DNA from: an uncultured bacterium
Lineage (GTDB): Bacteria; Planctomycetota; JAJSAM01; JAJVHW01
Assembly: GCA_937996235.1 (NCBI GenBank)
Contig: CALKVK010000015.1
Coordinates: 29,744-93,743, forward strand
Direction: 5' to 3'
DNA: 64,000 nucleotides
The position numbers and the translations under genes were made by a program. Under the pieces are notes generated by a model. It did no database searches, was not told where the DNA came from, and saw only the letters and a list, made by a program, of their open reading frames with translations. How positions within the stretch are numbered: the stretch's first letter is position 1; each line of letters begins with the position of its first letter. This document shows, in pieces, positions 1-8,893 of this stretch.

Positions 1-870
1 CGCACGCTTCGGGTCCGTGAGATCCGCCACGTCGTCGGGCGTCGGCGCGCGCGCGGCGCCGATCACGGGCGCGGCGTCGGGATCGCTCTCGCGCGCGATG
101 CGCGGCACCGCGCGCAGTCCGCCGAACTGCTCGGGGTGCAGGTCGATGGCCTCCGCCGCGTCCGCCGGGATGCGCGGCAGGAGCGCGTGGGAGCGCCAGT
201 CCGGATGCCACTCGCGACGGCGCAGCGCGAACACGAGCGCGGCGTCGATGTCGAAGACGTCGCGCTGCACGAGCGCGGCGAGATCGGCGCGGTCGATCGG
301 TGCGAGCTCGTCGCACTGCCCGTCGGCCCGGCACTCGGGACACGTGCTGCGACTCGCCGCGGTGAGCTTGCGCACGTGTCCGCACACGCGGCAGCGCACG
401 CGCGGGCCGCGGGTGCGCGTCGGCAGCTCCGACGTCAGCCGCACGAGATCGCCGGCGAGCTCGTCCCTCGCGGTGCGGCGCTGCTCGCGCTCGCGCACGC
501 GCCGGTGCGCTTCGGCCTCGCGCTCCGCCGCGCTCGCGAGCGCGGCCAGGGCGGCGGCGTCGTCGCGCGCCTCGCGCTCCTCGCGCAGGCGGCGCTCGGC
601 GGCGAACGCCTCGGGCGTCGGGAGCAGCCGGTCGTCCACGGCGCCGAACTCGATCTCGAGCGAGTAGCCCGGCACGCTCCACGCGAGCGGCGAGCCGTCG
701 GCCGCGAGCACGGCGCCGCGCCGCGGCAGGACGCTGAACTCGCGGCCGCCGTCGACCTCGGCGCGGTGGCTCCCGACGTCGAGCACCTGAACCAGGAACG
801 CGCGGCCGGCGATCAGCGCGAACACGAGCGCGAACGCCGCGACGAGCCGCGAGAGCCGCTTCTCATACAC
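1..870 (-). CDS. mrdA: Penicillin-binding protein 2 (elongasome transpeptidase), N-terminal part only; the gene runs off the window start. It is not in the ORF track because no in-window stop exists.
   Basis: A minus-strand ORF starting at GTG ~870 translates to VYEKRLSRLVAAFALVFALIAGRAFLVQVLDVGSHRAEVDGGREFSVLPRRGAVLAADGSPLAWSVPGYSLEIE... This is a typical PBP2 N-terminal TM plus pedestal region. It sits directly downstream of mreD, with its GTG overlapping the mreD stop. The frame stays open to position 1. Confidence 0.55.
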   Translation of the reverse strand, partial: MYEKRLSRLVAAFALVFALIAGRAFLVQVLDVGSHRAEVDGGREFSVLPRRGAVLAADGSPLAWSVPGYSLEIEFGAVDDRLLPTPEAFAAERRLREEREARDDAAALAALASAAEREAEAHRRVREREQRRTARDELAGDLVRLTSELPTRTRGPRVRCRVCGHVRKLTAASRSTCPECRADGQCDELAPIDRADLAALVQRDVFDIDAALVFALRRREWHPDWRSHALLPRIPADAAEAIDLHPEQFGGLRAVPRIARESDPDAAPVIGAARAPTPDDVADLTDPKRA

Positions 871-1357
871 GGGCGCTGCGCCTCCACGCCGGACGCAGCA
901 GCCGCGCGGCCCGGAACAGCGCGAACGCGGGCGGGGCCGCGAGGGCCGTGCATCCCGCGGAGACGGCGGCCGGCGCCACGGCGGCCGACAGTCCGTGTGC
1001 GCCCTCCGCCGCCGCGAGCGCGGCCAGGCGCGCGACGAACGCCGCCCCCGCGACGAGCGCGAGCTGCACGGACGCGCGGTCGCGGAAGACGGCCTGGCGC
1101 ACGATCCCGGTCGCGAGGCCCGTCGCCCCGAGCACGAACGCCTGCTGGCCGAGCGGCTCCGACGTCCAGGGACACGCGGCCAGGCCGAGCGCCACGCCGA
1201 CGAACGCCGCAGGGGACGGGCCGGCCTCGAGGGCGACGTACGCCGTCACGAGCACCGCGAGGTCGGGCACGAGTCCGAAGCGCACGAGATCGCTCGGCAC
1301 GAGCAGCGGCACGAGCGCCGCGACGAGCACCGCCCAGGCGACGCGCCAGCGCCTCAT
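863..1357 (-). CDS. mreD: Rod shape-determining protein MreD (164 aa, polytopic membrane protein)
   Basis: This is the in-frame tail of the 863..2281 track ORF, starting at MRRWRVAWAVLVAALVPLLV... It is hydrophobic. Its ATG overlaps the mreC stop (ATGA coupling), giving the mreB-mreC-mreD synteny. Confidence 0.6.
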   Translation of the reverse strand: MRRWRVAWAVLVAALVPLLVPSDLVRFGLVPDLAVLVTAYVALEAGPSPAAFVGVALGLAACPWTSEPLGQQAFVLGATGLATGIVRQAVFRDRASVQLALVAGAAFVARLAALAAAEGAHGLSAAVAPAAVSAGCTALAAPPAFALFRAARLLRPAWRRSARV

Positions 1358-2187
1358 CGCGCCCGCCCTGCCGCGCGGATCGGCTCGGGCAGCTCGGGCC
1401 GCACCAGGACGACGACCGCCTCGAGCCGGTCCAGGTCGCGCAGCGGCCGGACCTCCGCGCGCCACTCGCCGTCGCGGTCGTCGTCCTCGACGCGCACGAT
1501 CTCGCCGACGACGAGCCCGTCGGGGATCCCGAAGCGCCCGGCGCCCGTGACCACGAGATCCCCGACGGCGGCCTCGTCGGCGGCGAGGTGCGACACCACG
1601 ATGCGCCCGGTGCCGCCGCCGTTCGCGACGCCGGCGCCGCGGCGCGTCGGCACTCCTCCGTCGGCAGGCCGCGCGAGCACCACGACGGGCAGCACGACCT
1701 GCGGCGACGTGTCGTCGACCCGCAGCACGCGCGCGTAGTCGTCGGTGACGACCTGGACGATGCCGACGAGCGAGTCGCCGTGGACGACCGCCAGCCCGTT
1801 GTGCAGTCCGGCGGCGGAGCCGGCGTCGATGACGAACGACGCGCGCGCGGCCGACGCGTCGCGGTGCAGCACGCGCGCCGTCAGCGCGCGGACCGGGTCG
1901 CGCTGCGCGCCGGGGGCGAACTCGAGCGCGCCGAGACTCGGCGCGACGCGCGTCGGCCGCGCCTCGTACGCCGCGCGCAGCCGCTCGAGCTCGCGTGCGC
2001 CCGCGGCCGCCGCCTCTTCCCAGACGCGCACGGGAGCGGTCTCGCCCGAGCCCGTGACGCCCGCGGTGGCGGGCACGAGCACGGCCACCCGCACGCGCGC
2101 CGACTCGCAGGCGCGCGGGAACACCAGGGCCGTCACGAGACAGCCGAGGAGCACGAGGAGGGCCCGGCGGAGTGGATCGAGTCGCAC
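1354..2187 (-). CDS. mreC: Rod shape-determining protein MreC
   Basis: 277-aa ORF with an N-terminal TM (LLVLLGCLVTALVF) and a MreC-like beta domain (GLHNGLAVVHGDSLVGIVQVV...GLVVGEIVRVE). It lies immediately downstream of mreB. Confidence 0.8.
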   Translation of the reverse strand: MRLDPLRRALLVLLGCLVTALVFPRACESARVRVAVLVPATAGVTGSGETAPVRVWEEAAAAGARELERLRAAYEARPTRVAPSLGALEFAPGAQRDPVRALTARVLHRDASAARASFVIDAGSAAGLHNGLAVVHGDSLVGIVQVVTDDYARVLRVDDTSPQVVLPVVVLARPADGGVPTRRGAGVANGGGTGRIVVSHLAADEAAVGDLVVTGAGRFGIPDGLVVGEIVRVEDDDRDGEWRAEVRPLRDLDRLEAVVVLVRPELPEPIRAAGRAR

Positions 2188-2323
2188 GCGTCCCGCGAGG
2201 TGCGGGAGAACGCAGGTGCGCGAGGGGGAGCGTCAGTTTCCGGTGCGCTGCGCGCGCGCACCAGAAAACGGTCGGACGCACTGCGCAGATCGCGACCGGT
2301 CGCCGCGCTCCGCGCGCCCGGCG

Positions 2324-3376
2324 TCAGTCCTCTGCCTCGTCGAGCATCGCGCGGAACCCGGCGAGGTTCTCGAGGAAGATCTGCGTGCCGCGCGCCACCG
2401 CCGTGAGCGGGTCCTTCGCCACGCGCACCGGCAGCCCGGTGCGCTCCGAGATCACGCGGTCGATGCCGCGGATGAGCGAGCCGCCGCCGGCGAGCACGAT
2501 GCCGAGGTCGACCAGGTCCGCCGAGATCTCCGGCGGCGTCGCCTCCAGCGTCGAGCGGATGGCGCCCACGATGTGGAGGATCGGCTCGGCCAGCGCCTCG
2601 CGGATCTCCTCGGAGGTCACCATGACCTTGCGCGGCATGCCGCGCTGGAGGTCACGGCCCTTGACCTCCATGCTCATCTCCTTCTTGAGCGGGTACGCGC
2701 TGCCGATCGCGATCTTGATGCGCTCCGCGCTCTGCTCGCCGATGAGCAGTTCGTAGTGCTTGCGCATGTGGTTGATGACGGCCTCGTCGGCCTCGTCGCC
2801 GGCGACGCGCACGGACTCGGAGTGGACGATGCCCGCCAGCGAGATCACCGCGACCTCGGTCGTGCCGCCGCCGATGTCGCAGATCATGCAGCCGGTCGGC
2901 TCGGTGATCGGGAGGCCGACGCCGATCGCGGCTGCGAGGGGCTCGGACACCAGGTAGACCTTGCGCGCGCCCGCGCGCTCGGCGCTGTTGATGACGGCGC
3001 GCCGCTCCACCTGCGTGATGCCGCTCGGAATGGCGATGACCATGCGCGGGCGCACGAACGCGCGCTGGTTGTGCACCTTGCGGATGAAGTACCGCAGCAT
3101 CGCCTCGGTGATCTCGAAGTCGGCGATGACGCCGTCCTTCATGGGGCGGATCGCCTCGATGTGACCGGGCGTCTTCCCGAGCATCTCCTTGGCGGCCCAG
3201 CCGACGGCGGTCCCGCCCGCCGCGATCTCGTTGGTGCCCTTGCGCACGGCGACCACGGACGGCTCGTTCAGGACGATGCCCTCGCCACGCACCGTCACGA
3301 GCGTGTTGGCGGTCCCGAGGTCGATCCCCATGTCGACCGAGACGGACCCGAGGAGGCGGTCCCAGAAGTTCAACAC
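2324..3376 (-). CDS. mreB: Actin-like rod shape-determining protein MreB
   Basis: DMGIDLGTANTLVTVRGEGIVLNEPSVVAV ... ICDIGGGTTEVAVISLAGIV ... LAGGGSLIRGIDRVISERTGLPV are canonical MreB motifs. The likely start is GTG (VLNFWDRLLGS) with GGAGGG 8 nt upstream. The track ORF extends in frame to 3421, so the exact start is uncertain. Confidence 0.9.
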   Translation of the reverse strand: MLNFWDRLLGSVSVDMGIDLGTANTLVTVRGEGIVLNEPSVVAVRKGTNEIAAGGTAVGWAAKEMLGKTPGHIEAIRPMKDGVIADFEITEAMLRYFIRKVHNQRAFVRPRMVIAIPSGITQVERRAVINSAERAGARKVYLVSEPLAAAIGVGLPITEPTGCMICDIGGGTTEVAVISLAGIVHSESVRVAGDEADEAVINHMRKHYELLIGEQSAERIKIAIGSAYPLKKEMSMEVKGRDLQRGMPRKVMVTSEEIREALAEPILHIVGAIRSTLEATPPEISADLVDLGIVLAGGGSLIRGIDRVISERTGLPVRVAKDPLTAVARGTQIFLENLAGFRAMLDEAED

Positions 3377-3587
3377 CGCGCGCCCTCCGCCAGCGCCGGG
3401 GAGCCCGCCGGCCCCCACCACCCAGTCCGCGCCCGCCGTCCCTGCGTCCGCACCGTCACGTACCGCGCCGCCCGTGCGTGCGGCCGTGCCGGGAGGCCGC
3501 GCCGCGGACGCGGCTCCGTCGCCGACGATGCAGGTCGCGGCACAGCGTAGCGCCGCGCGCGACGGGCGTCCCGTCTTCGCGCATCAT

Positions 3588-3622
3588 GGAAAACGGGTCC
3601 GACGCCCGAAGGCGCCGGACCC
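3588..3622 (-). terminator. Rho-independent terminator between the upstream minus-strand genes and mreB
   Basis: 12-bp GC stem GGGTCCGACGCC/GGCGCCGGACCC (one mismatch) with a CGAA tetraloop at 3595..3622. On the minus strand it is followed by GUUUUCC (forward gaaaac at 3589-3594). Confidence 0.5.
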
Positions 3623-3672
3623 GTCTCTTCGTCCGTGGTGGACCCCGGCGGCGCGCCGCCGGAGCCGGCGGC

Positions 3673-3828
3673 TCACTTCGCGAGCCAGCCGACCTGGTAC
3701 TGATCGGCCGAGACCTTGCACATCGCCCAGATCGCGAGGATCAGGACGATGCCGGTCACGACCACGATGCCGTTCGCGATGTTCACGCCGTCGTCGCCGG
3801 CGGGGGCGTCGTACTCGTCGTTCGCCAT
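3673..3828 (-). CDS. Small hypothetical membrane protein (51 aa)
   Basis: ATG preceded by GGAAAGGGAA. The product is MANDEYDAPAGDDGVNIANGIVVVTGIVLILAIWAMCKVSADQYQVGWLAK, with one clear TM helix. It is below the track length cut-off and is co-oriented with the flanking genes. Confidence 0.35.
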   Translation of the reverse strand: MANDEYDAPAGDDGVNIANGIVVVTGIVLILAIWAMCKVSADQYQVGWLAK

Positions 3829-3886
3829 GGGTGGTTCCCTTTCCGTTCGGTCCGTGCGGGGGTGTGTTCCGTGGACTTCCCGGGGG

Positions 3887-4735
3887 TTACAGGCTCGTCG
3901 ACGCCGAGTCGCCCGGATTCGCGTCCTTGCGCTTCATGCCGGCCTTGGTGCGGGCCGAGGCGTAGTTCGCGTAGACCTTGTCGACGACCACCGTGGCGAC
4001 GAACTCGCCGTTCCGGTGCACCGTGAACTCCCAACCCTCGGCGACGCCGTCCTTGGAGCCGACCGAGAGGATGTAGATGTCGTTGGTGTTGTCGACCGAC
4101 TGGACGACCGCGTCGACCGGCTTCATGGGCGGGCCGCCCGGCAGCGGGCCGAAGGCCTTGTTGTAGAGACTGACCGTCGTCCCGAGCGAGTCGATCTTCT
4201 CGGCGTCGGCCTTCTGCTGCTTCTCCATGGCCGCGACGGCCGCGTTGCCGTCGGCCACCGCCTGCTCGAGGCGCGCGATCGTCTCGAGGTGCGTGCGCAC
4301 CTGGTCGGCGAGGTCGGACTTCTCCGAGTTCGCCTGCGCGAGCGACGTGTTCAGGTTGGAGATGATCGTCTGCAGCTCGGAGTTCTTCGTCTGCAGGTCC
4401 TGCTGCGTCGCGGTCAGCGTGTCCAGCGAGGCGCGGAGCTGCTGGTTCTGCGTGTTCAGCGCCTCGTTCGACGCGTCGAGCACGTTCATGCGCGACTCGG
4501 CCGCGGCGCGTGCCGTCTCGGCGGACTCGCGGCGCGTGTTCGCGTCGCCCTCGCGCGCCTTCGCGGCCTCGACCTGCTTCTGCAGGTCGTCCTTGTCCGA
4601 CTCGAGCCGGTCCGTGTCGGCCTTGTGCTTCGCACGCCAGCTGTCCGTCGCGTTGAGGAACGTGCCCGCCGCCGCCAAGAAGACGACCGCGAGGATCAGA
4701 TTGACCACGACCATGATCTTGGCGAAGAGACTCAT
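3887..4735 (-). CDS. Hypothetical membrane-anchored coiled-coil protein with a C-terminal beta domain
   Basis: Start MSLFAKIMVVVNLILAVVFLAAAG (TM), then ~180 aa of Q/N/T/E-rich heptad-like sequence, then YILSVGSKDGVAEGWEFTVHRNGEFVATVVV. No family recognised. The track ORF begins 6 codons upstream. Confidence 0.55.
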   Translation of the reverse strand: MSLFAKIMVVVNLILAVVFLAAAGTFLNATDSWRAKHKADTDRLESDKDDLQKQVEAAKAREGDANTRRESAETARAAAESRMNVLDASNEALNTQNQQLRASLDTLTATQQDLQTKNSELQTIISNLNTSLAQANSEKSDLADQVRTHLETIARLEQAVADGNAAVAAMEKQQKADAEKIDSLGTTVSLYNKAFGPLPGGPPMKPVDAVVQSVDNTNDIYILSVGSKDGVAEGWEFTVHRNGEFVATVVVDKVYANYASARTKAGMKRKDANPGDSASTSL

Positions 4736-4886
4736 CTGAGTTCGGCCTCCCACGACGGCCCCGGATGCCCGCCGGACCCGCCCATCCTGTCCATACCAGC
4801 TGAACTGGCCATGCCCGCTGAACCCGCCCGAGCGACGTCAGCGATTTCGACCGCGGGGGGATGCTAGGCGCGTCGCGCGAAGAGGG

Positions 4887-6578
4887 TCAAGAGGATTTCC
4901 CCACTCCCTCCGCACGCTCCGAACCCGCGTCCCCGCTGCCACTTCCGAACGCCCCGGAGGCCCTGCGCCACGGGCCCCCGCGTCCGGCCAGCCCGAGCGC
5001 GAGCCCGACGAGTCCGAGGCCCCAGGCGGGCCACTCCCCCCACGTCCGGAAGGGCGTCGCGCGGCCTCCGAGCGGCACCTCGGCGACCAGGCACGCGCGC
5101 ACGTCCGTCGTGCGGCCGGCGGCGCCCGTCGCGAACGCGCGCGGGCGCCCGTCGGCGCCGATGACGGTGGAGTGGCCGTTGTTGCTGGAGAGCGCCACCG
5201 GCACCCCCAACTCGGCGGCGCGGAAGCACGCCATCGCCAGAGCCTGGTCCATCTCGGCGGTCCCCTCGAACCAGCCGTAGTTGCTGGCGTTCAGCAGGAA
5301 GTCGGCGCCGTCGCGCACCATCCCCCGGGCGATCTCCGGGAAGACGGACTCGTAGCAGATCAGTACGCCGGCACGTGCAACGCCGGTGCGCCCGCGGACG
5401 GGCAGCAGGGTGTTCCCGTCCCCCGCGACGAGCTCGGGCACGAAGCCGGCGAACTCGCGCAGGCGCGCCTCCAGCCACGCGCGGAACGCGCGCGGGAGGA
5501 GCCCGACGTAGGGCACGTACTCGCCCCCTGGCGTCAGGTGCTGCTTGTCCTGCGCCGCGACGGGTCGCCCCTCTGCGTCGAGCAGCACCACCGAGTTCCA
5601 CTGCCGTCCCAGGTCGTCCTCGAGCACGACGCCCGCGAGCGTCTGCGCGCCGCCCGACAGTTCCGCCAGGCGCTCCCAGAGCGGCGCCGAGCGCGGCAGG
5701 TCGCGCCACGCCACGTACGGCTGCGGCGGGACCATCGTCTCGGGCCAGACGACCACGTCGACCTCGCGTCCGCGCGGGCCCTCGCGGACCTCGTCGGCGA
5801 GTGCCTCGTAGGACTGCCACCACGCGAGCAGGTTCTTGCGCTGGTAGTCCCGGATCTCGGCCGGCGTGGCGTTCGCCAGCACCTGGTGCTTCAGCTTCTG
5901 CGGCACGTTGCCCTGCAGCAGCGCGAGCGTCGGACCCGGCCGCTCCGCAGGCGCAGGGGCCAGCGCGGCGAAGAGCGCGAGGGCGCCCCACCACACGGCC
6001 GCGGGGACGAGCGCGCCGACCGGGCGCGGACGGGCCTCGAGGCGGCGGACGAGCGCCTCCGCGATTCCCCCGCCGAGCAGCAGCACCGCAAGCGTCGCCC
6101 CGTGGACGCCGAGCAGGCCCGCGGAGCCGAGGAGCACCGGGTTGCGCCAGCCCGTGTAGCCCGGCAGGAGCCACGGGAACCCGGAGAGCGCGTACGTGCG
6201 GACGCCGTCGCACGCGAGCTGCACCAGCGCCGCGCCGACGACCCAGCCCGCGCGCTCGCGCGCGAGCCACACGCGACCGACGAACCAGCCGAGGGCGGCC
6301 GGGAAGAGCGCGCACCAGGCCGCGGAGAAGAGCCAGCCGCCGTCCATGAGCGGCTGCATCCAGTGCAGCCCGGGGAGGAAGAGGCAGAGGCCGGCGACGA
6401 AGCCCTGCCGCCCGGCGCGTGCCCCGCGGCGGACGCGCATCGACGCGAGGAGCAGCGCCCAGGCGAGCGGCGCGAGGAACCCGAGGTCGAGCGGCGGGAA
6501 CGCGGCGGCCATCAGCAGGCCCGCGGCGAGCGGCGCCGGCCAGAACCCGGCGAGGAGCGAGCGCAGGAGGCGCGTCAC
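4887..6578 (-). CDS. lnt: Apolipoprotein N-acyltransferase
   Basis: GTG start (VTRLLRSLLAGFW...). There are N-terminal TM helices and a C-terminal nitrilase-like CN-hydrolase domain (VVWPETMVP...GVLICYESVFPE...NASNYGWF). It is the real gene within the spurious 1186-aa track ORF, and its start overlaps the moeA stop. Confidence 0.85.
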   Translation of the reverse strand: MTRLLRSLLAGFWPAPLAAGLLMAAAFPPLDLGFLAPLAWALLLASMRVRRGARAGRQGFVAGLCLFLPGLHWMQPLMDGGWLFSAAWCALFPAALGWFVGRVWLARERAGWVVGAALVQLACDGVRTYALSGFPWLLPGYTGWRNPVLLGSAGLLGVHGATLAVLLLGGGIAEALVRRLEARPRPVGALVPAAVWWGALALFAALAPAPAERPGPTLALLQGNVPQKLKHQVLANATPAEIRDYQRKNLLAWWQSYEALADEVREGPRGREVDVVVWPETMVPPQPYVAWRDLPRSAPLWERLAELSGGAQTLAGVVLEDDLGRQWNSVVLLDAEGRPVAAQDKQHLTPGGEYVPYVGLLPRAFRAWLEARLREFAGFVPELVAGDGNTLLPVRGRTGVARAGVLICYESVFPEIARGMVRDGADFLLNASNYGWFEGTAEMDQALAMACFRAAELGVPVALSSNNGHSTVIGADGRPRAFATGAAGRTTDVRACLVAEVPLGGRATPFRTWGEWPAWGLGLVGLALGLAGRGGPWRRASGAFGSGSGDAGSERAEGVGKSS

Positions 6579-7801
6579 GCGTCGGACCCGGAGAGCCGGA
6601 CGACCTCGACCACGTCCCCCGCCTGCGGCGCGCGCGCGTGCTCCGGGACGACCGCCAGGGCGTCGGCCGCGGCGAACCCGAACACGTCGCCCGAGCCGCG
6701 GTAGCGCACCGGGCGTGCGGTGACGCGCCCGTCGGACGCGTGCGACAGCCGCACGGGGTCGCAGCGGCGCCGCGCCCCGCCGGCCGGGAGCGCACCCTCG
6801 AGGACGGCGTGCGTCGGCCCGGGGAGCGCGGACGGCAACCCGAGCAGCGCGCGCACGGCCGGCCGCACGAAGAGGGTCGCCGTGACGAGCGACGAGACCG
6901 GGTTGCCCGGCAGGCCGAACACGAGCGTCCGCCCCCGGACGCCGAACCAGAGCGGCTTGCCGGGCTGCAGCCGCACGCCGTGCAGGACGCGCTCGACCCC
7001 GGCACGCTCGAGCGTCGCCGGGACGAGGTCGAAGTCGCCGACGCTGACGCCGCCGGTCAGCACGCACACGTCGCCCGCGAGCGCGGTGCGGACGGCCGCG
7101 TCGAGCTCGTCGGCGTCGTCGCGCGCGCGGAGCGGCGCGGCCGGGCGCGCCCCGAACGCCGCGAGCGCCGCGGCGAGCGCGGGCGCGTTGCTGTTGCGGA
7201 TACGGCCCGGCGGCGGGTCGTCCTCGACGGCGACCAGCTCGTCGCCGGTGGCGACGACGTGCGCCGCGGGGACGGCGTGGACCGCCACGTGCGCCGCGCC
7301 CGCCGCGGCGAGGGCTCCCGCGACGGCGGGCGAGACCCGCGTGCCGCGTGCGGCGACGAGCGCGCCCCGCGCGCACTCGTACGCGACGGGCACCACGTGC
7401 TGCCCGGGCGCCGCAGCGCGCCCGACGCGCACGCGCCCCGTCGCGTCGCGCGCGCAGTCCTCCTGCATCACGACCGCGTCCGCGCCGGGCGGCACGGTCG
7501 CGCCCGTGAAGACGCGCGCCGCGGCGCCCGGCGGGAGCGGCGGCGGCGCCACGACGCCCGCGGCGACCTCGTGGGCGGGCGCCAGCTCCGCGCCCTCGTG
7601 CGCCTCGGCCGCCCGCACGGCCCAGCCGTCCACACGGCTGCGCGGGAACGCGGGGAAGTCCTCGCGCGCGGCGACGTCCTCGGCGAGCACGCGCCCGGCG
7701 GCGACGTCGAGCGGCAGCCGCTCGGTGCGAGGCGCGGGGACGCGGGCGAGGACGAGCGCGAGGGCCTCGTCCACGGAGAGCAGCGCGGGCATCGGCGGCA
7801 T
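6575..7801 (-). CDS. moeA: Molybdopterin molybdenumtransferase MoeA
   Basis: Start MPPMPALLSVDEALALVLARV (MoeA N-term). It contains the MoeA/gephyrin fold motifs (GGVSVGDFD, LPGNPVSSLVT). The upstream 66 codons of the track ORF were rejected as non-coding extension. Confidence 0.85.
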   Translation of the reverse strand: MPPMPALLSVDEALALVLARVPAPRTERLPLDVAAGRVLAEDVAAREDFPAFPRSRVDGWAVRAAEAHEGAELAPAHEVAAGVVAPPPLPPGAAARVFTGATVPPGADAVVMQEDCARDATGRVRVGRAAAPGQHVVPVAYECARGALVAARGTRVSPAVAGALAAAGAAHVAVHAVPAAHVVATGDELVAVEDDPPPGRIRNSNAPALAAALAAFGARPAAPLRARDDADELDAAVRTALAGDVCVLTGGVSVGDFDLVPATLERAGVERVLHGVRLQPGKPLWFGVRGRTLVFGLPGNPVSSLVTATLFVRPAVRALLGLPSALPGPTHAVLEGALPAGGARRRCDPVRLSHASDGRVTARPVRYRGSGDVFGFAAADALAVVPEHARAPQAGDVVEVVRLSGSDA

Positions 7802-7919
7802 CGTCCGCGTCGGCACGCGCGCGGGCGGAGAGCTTTCCGGGCGGCGGCACGGGGCGCCCGGAAGTCGGAGGCGCCCCGCGACGCCAGTACAGTGCCGGGC
7901 CGGCGGACGGAGGTCGTGC

Positions 7920-8441
7920 ATGCAGGAGTTCGAAGGGCGCCCGCTCGGCGCGGGGCGGCGCGTCGGGATCGCGGTGTCGCGCTTCAACGCGGAGATCACG
8001 GAGCGCCTGCTCGCGGGCGCGCTCGACGCGCTGCGCGGCGCCGGCGTCGCCGACGACGACGTCGCCGTGGCGCACGTCCCGGGCGCGTTCGAGCTGCCGC
8101 TCGCGTGCGACGCGCTCGCGCGCCGCGGCGGCTTCCACGCACTCGTCGCGCTCGGCGCCGTGATCCGCGGCGAGACCGACCACTACGACTACGTGTGCGA
8201 GGCGGCCGAGCAGGGCCTCGTCGCCGTGTCGCTGCAGCACACGCTGCCCGTGCTGTTCGGCGTGCTCACGTGCGACACCGACGAGCAGGCGCTCGCGCGC
8301 TCGGGCGGCGCGCACGGCAACAAGGGCGCGGACGTCGCGCTCGACGCGCTGCGCATGGCCGACCTGCTCGAGCAGGTGCGCCCCGCGCCCGCGGCGCGGC
8401 CGCCGATCGGCCGGATGCCGCAGCCGGGAGGCGGGCGGTGA
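7920..8441 (+). CDS. ribH: 6,7-dimethyl-8-ribityllumazine synthase
   Basis: MQEFEGRPLGAGRRVGIAVSRFNAEITERLLAGALDAL...VPGAFELP...ALGAVIRGETDHYDYV is a canonical RibH. The upstream RBS is GGACGGAGG. Confidence 0.9.
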   Translation: MQEFEGRPLGAGRRVGIAVSRFNAEITERLLAGALDALRGAGVADDDVAVAHVPGAFELPLACDALARRGGFHALVALGAVIRGETDHYDYVCEAAEQGLVAVSLQHTLPVLFGVLTCDTDEQALARSGGAHGNKGADVALDALRMADLLEQVRPAPAARPPIGRMPQPGGGR

Positions 8442-8848
8442 AGGCACGGCGCAAGGCGCGCGAGATCGCGCTCACGATCCTCTACCAGTGGGACGTGCGC
8501 GGCGACGAGGTGCTGCCCGAGATGGACGACCTGCTCGTGCGCGACCGGCGCGAGGACGACGTCGCCGACTACGTGCGCAAGCTGGTGCGCGGGGTCGTCG
8601 CGGAGCGCGCGGCCATCGACGAGCTGCTCTCCGGTGCCGCCGAGCACTGGGCGCTCCACCGCATGGCCGTCGTGGACCGCAACGTCATGCGCATGGCGGT
8701 GTTCGAGATGCGCTCGACGGGCGGCGACGTGCCGGCGAAGGTGGCGATCAACGAGGCGATCGAGCTGGCGAAGCGCTTCGGCGCGGAGCAGAGCGGCGCG
8801 TTCGTGAACGGCGTGCTCGACCGCGTGCGCCGCACGCTCGGACTCTGA
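8436..8848 (+). CDS. nusB: Transcription antitermination factor NusB
   Basis: GTG start overlapping the ribH stop (GTGA). KARRKAREIALTILYQWDVRGD...AINEAIELAKRFG is NusB. ribH-nusB synteny is conserved. Confidence 0.9.
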
Positions 8849-8893
8849 ACGAAGGGGCCGCGCGGCGGCCCGTCACCGCGGGAGCGAACGTCC

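Noticed and set aside
136-2406. 756-aa plus-strand ORF (and the 17..667 ORF) overlapping the mreD/mreC/mrdA region
   Set aside because: It is Arg/Ala/Gly/Pro-rich low-complexity sequence with no domain similarity. It is antisense to a well-supported MreC/MreD/PBP2 operon and is a typical high-GC shadow ORF.
4864-8447. Long minus-strand ORFs (713 aa and the N-terminal 600 aa of the 1186-aa ORF), plus 5172..6704 and 6720..8441 plus-strand ORFs
   Set aside because: Only the C-terminal 563 aa of the 1186-aa ORF (Lnt) and the MoeA frame show family similarity. The remainder is R/A/G-rich and overlaps real genes (lnt, moeA, ribH).
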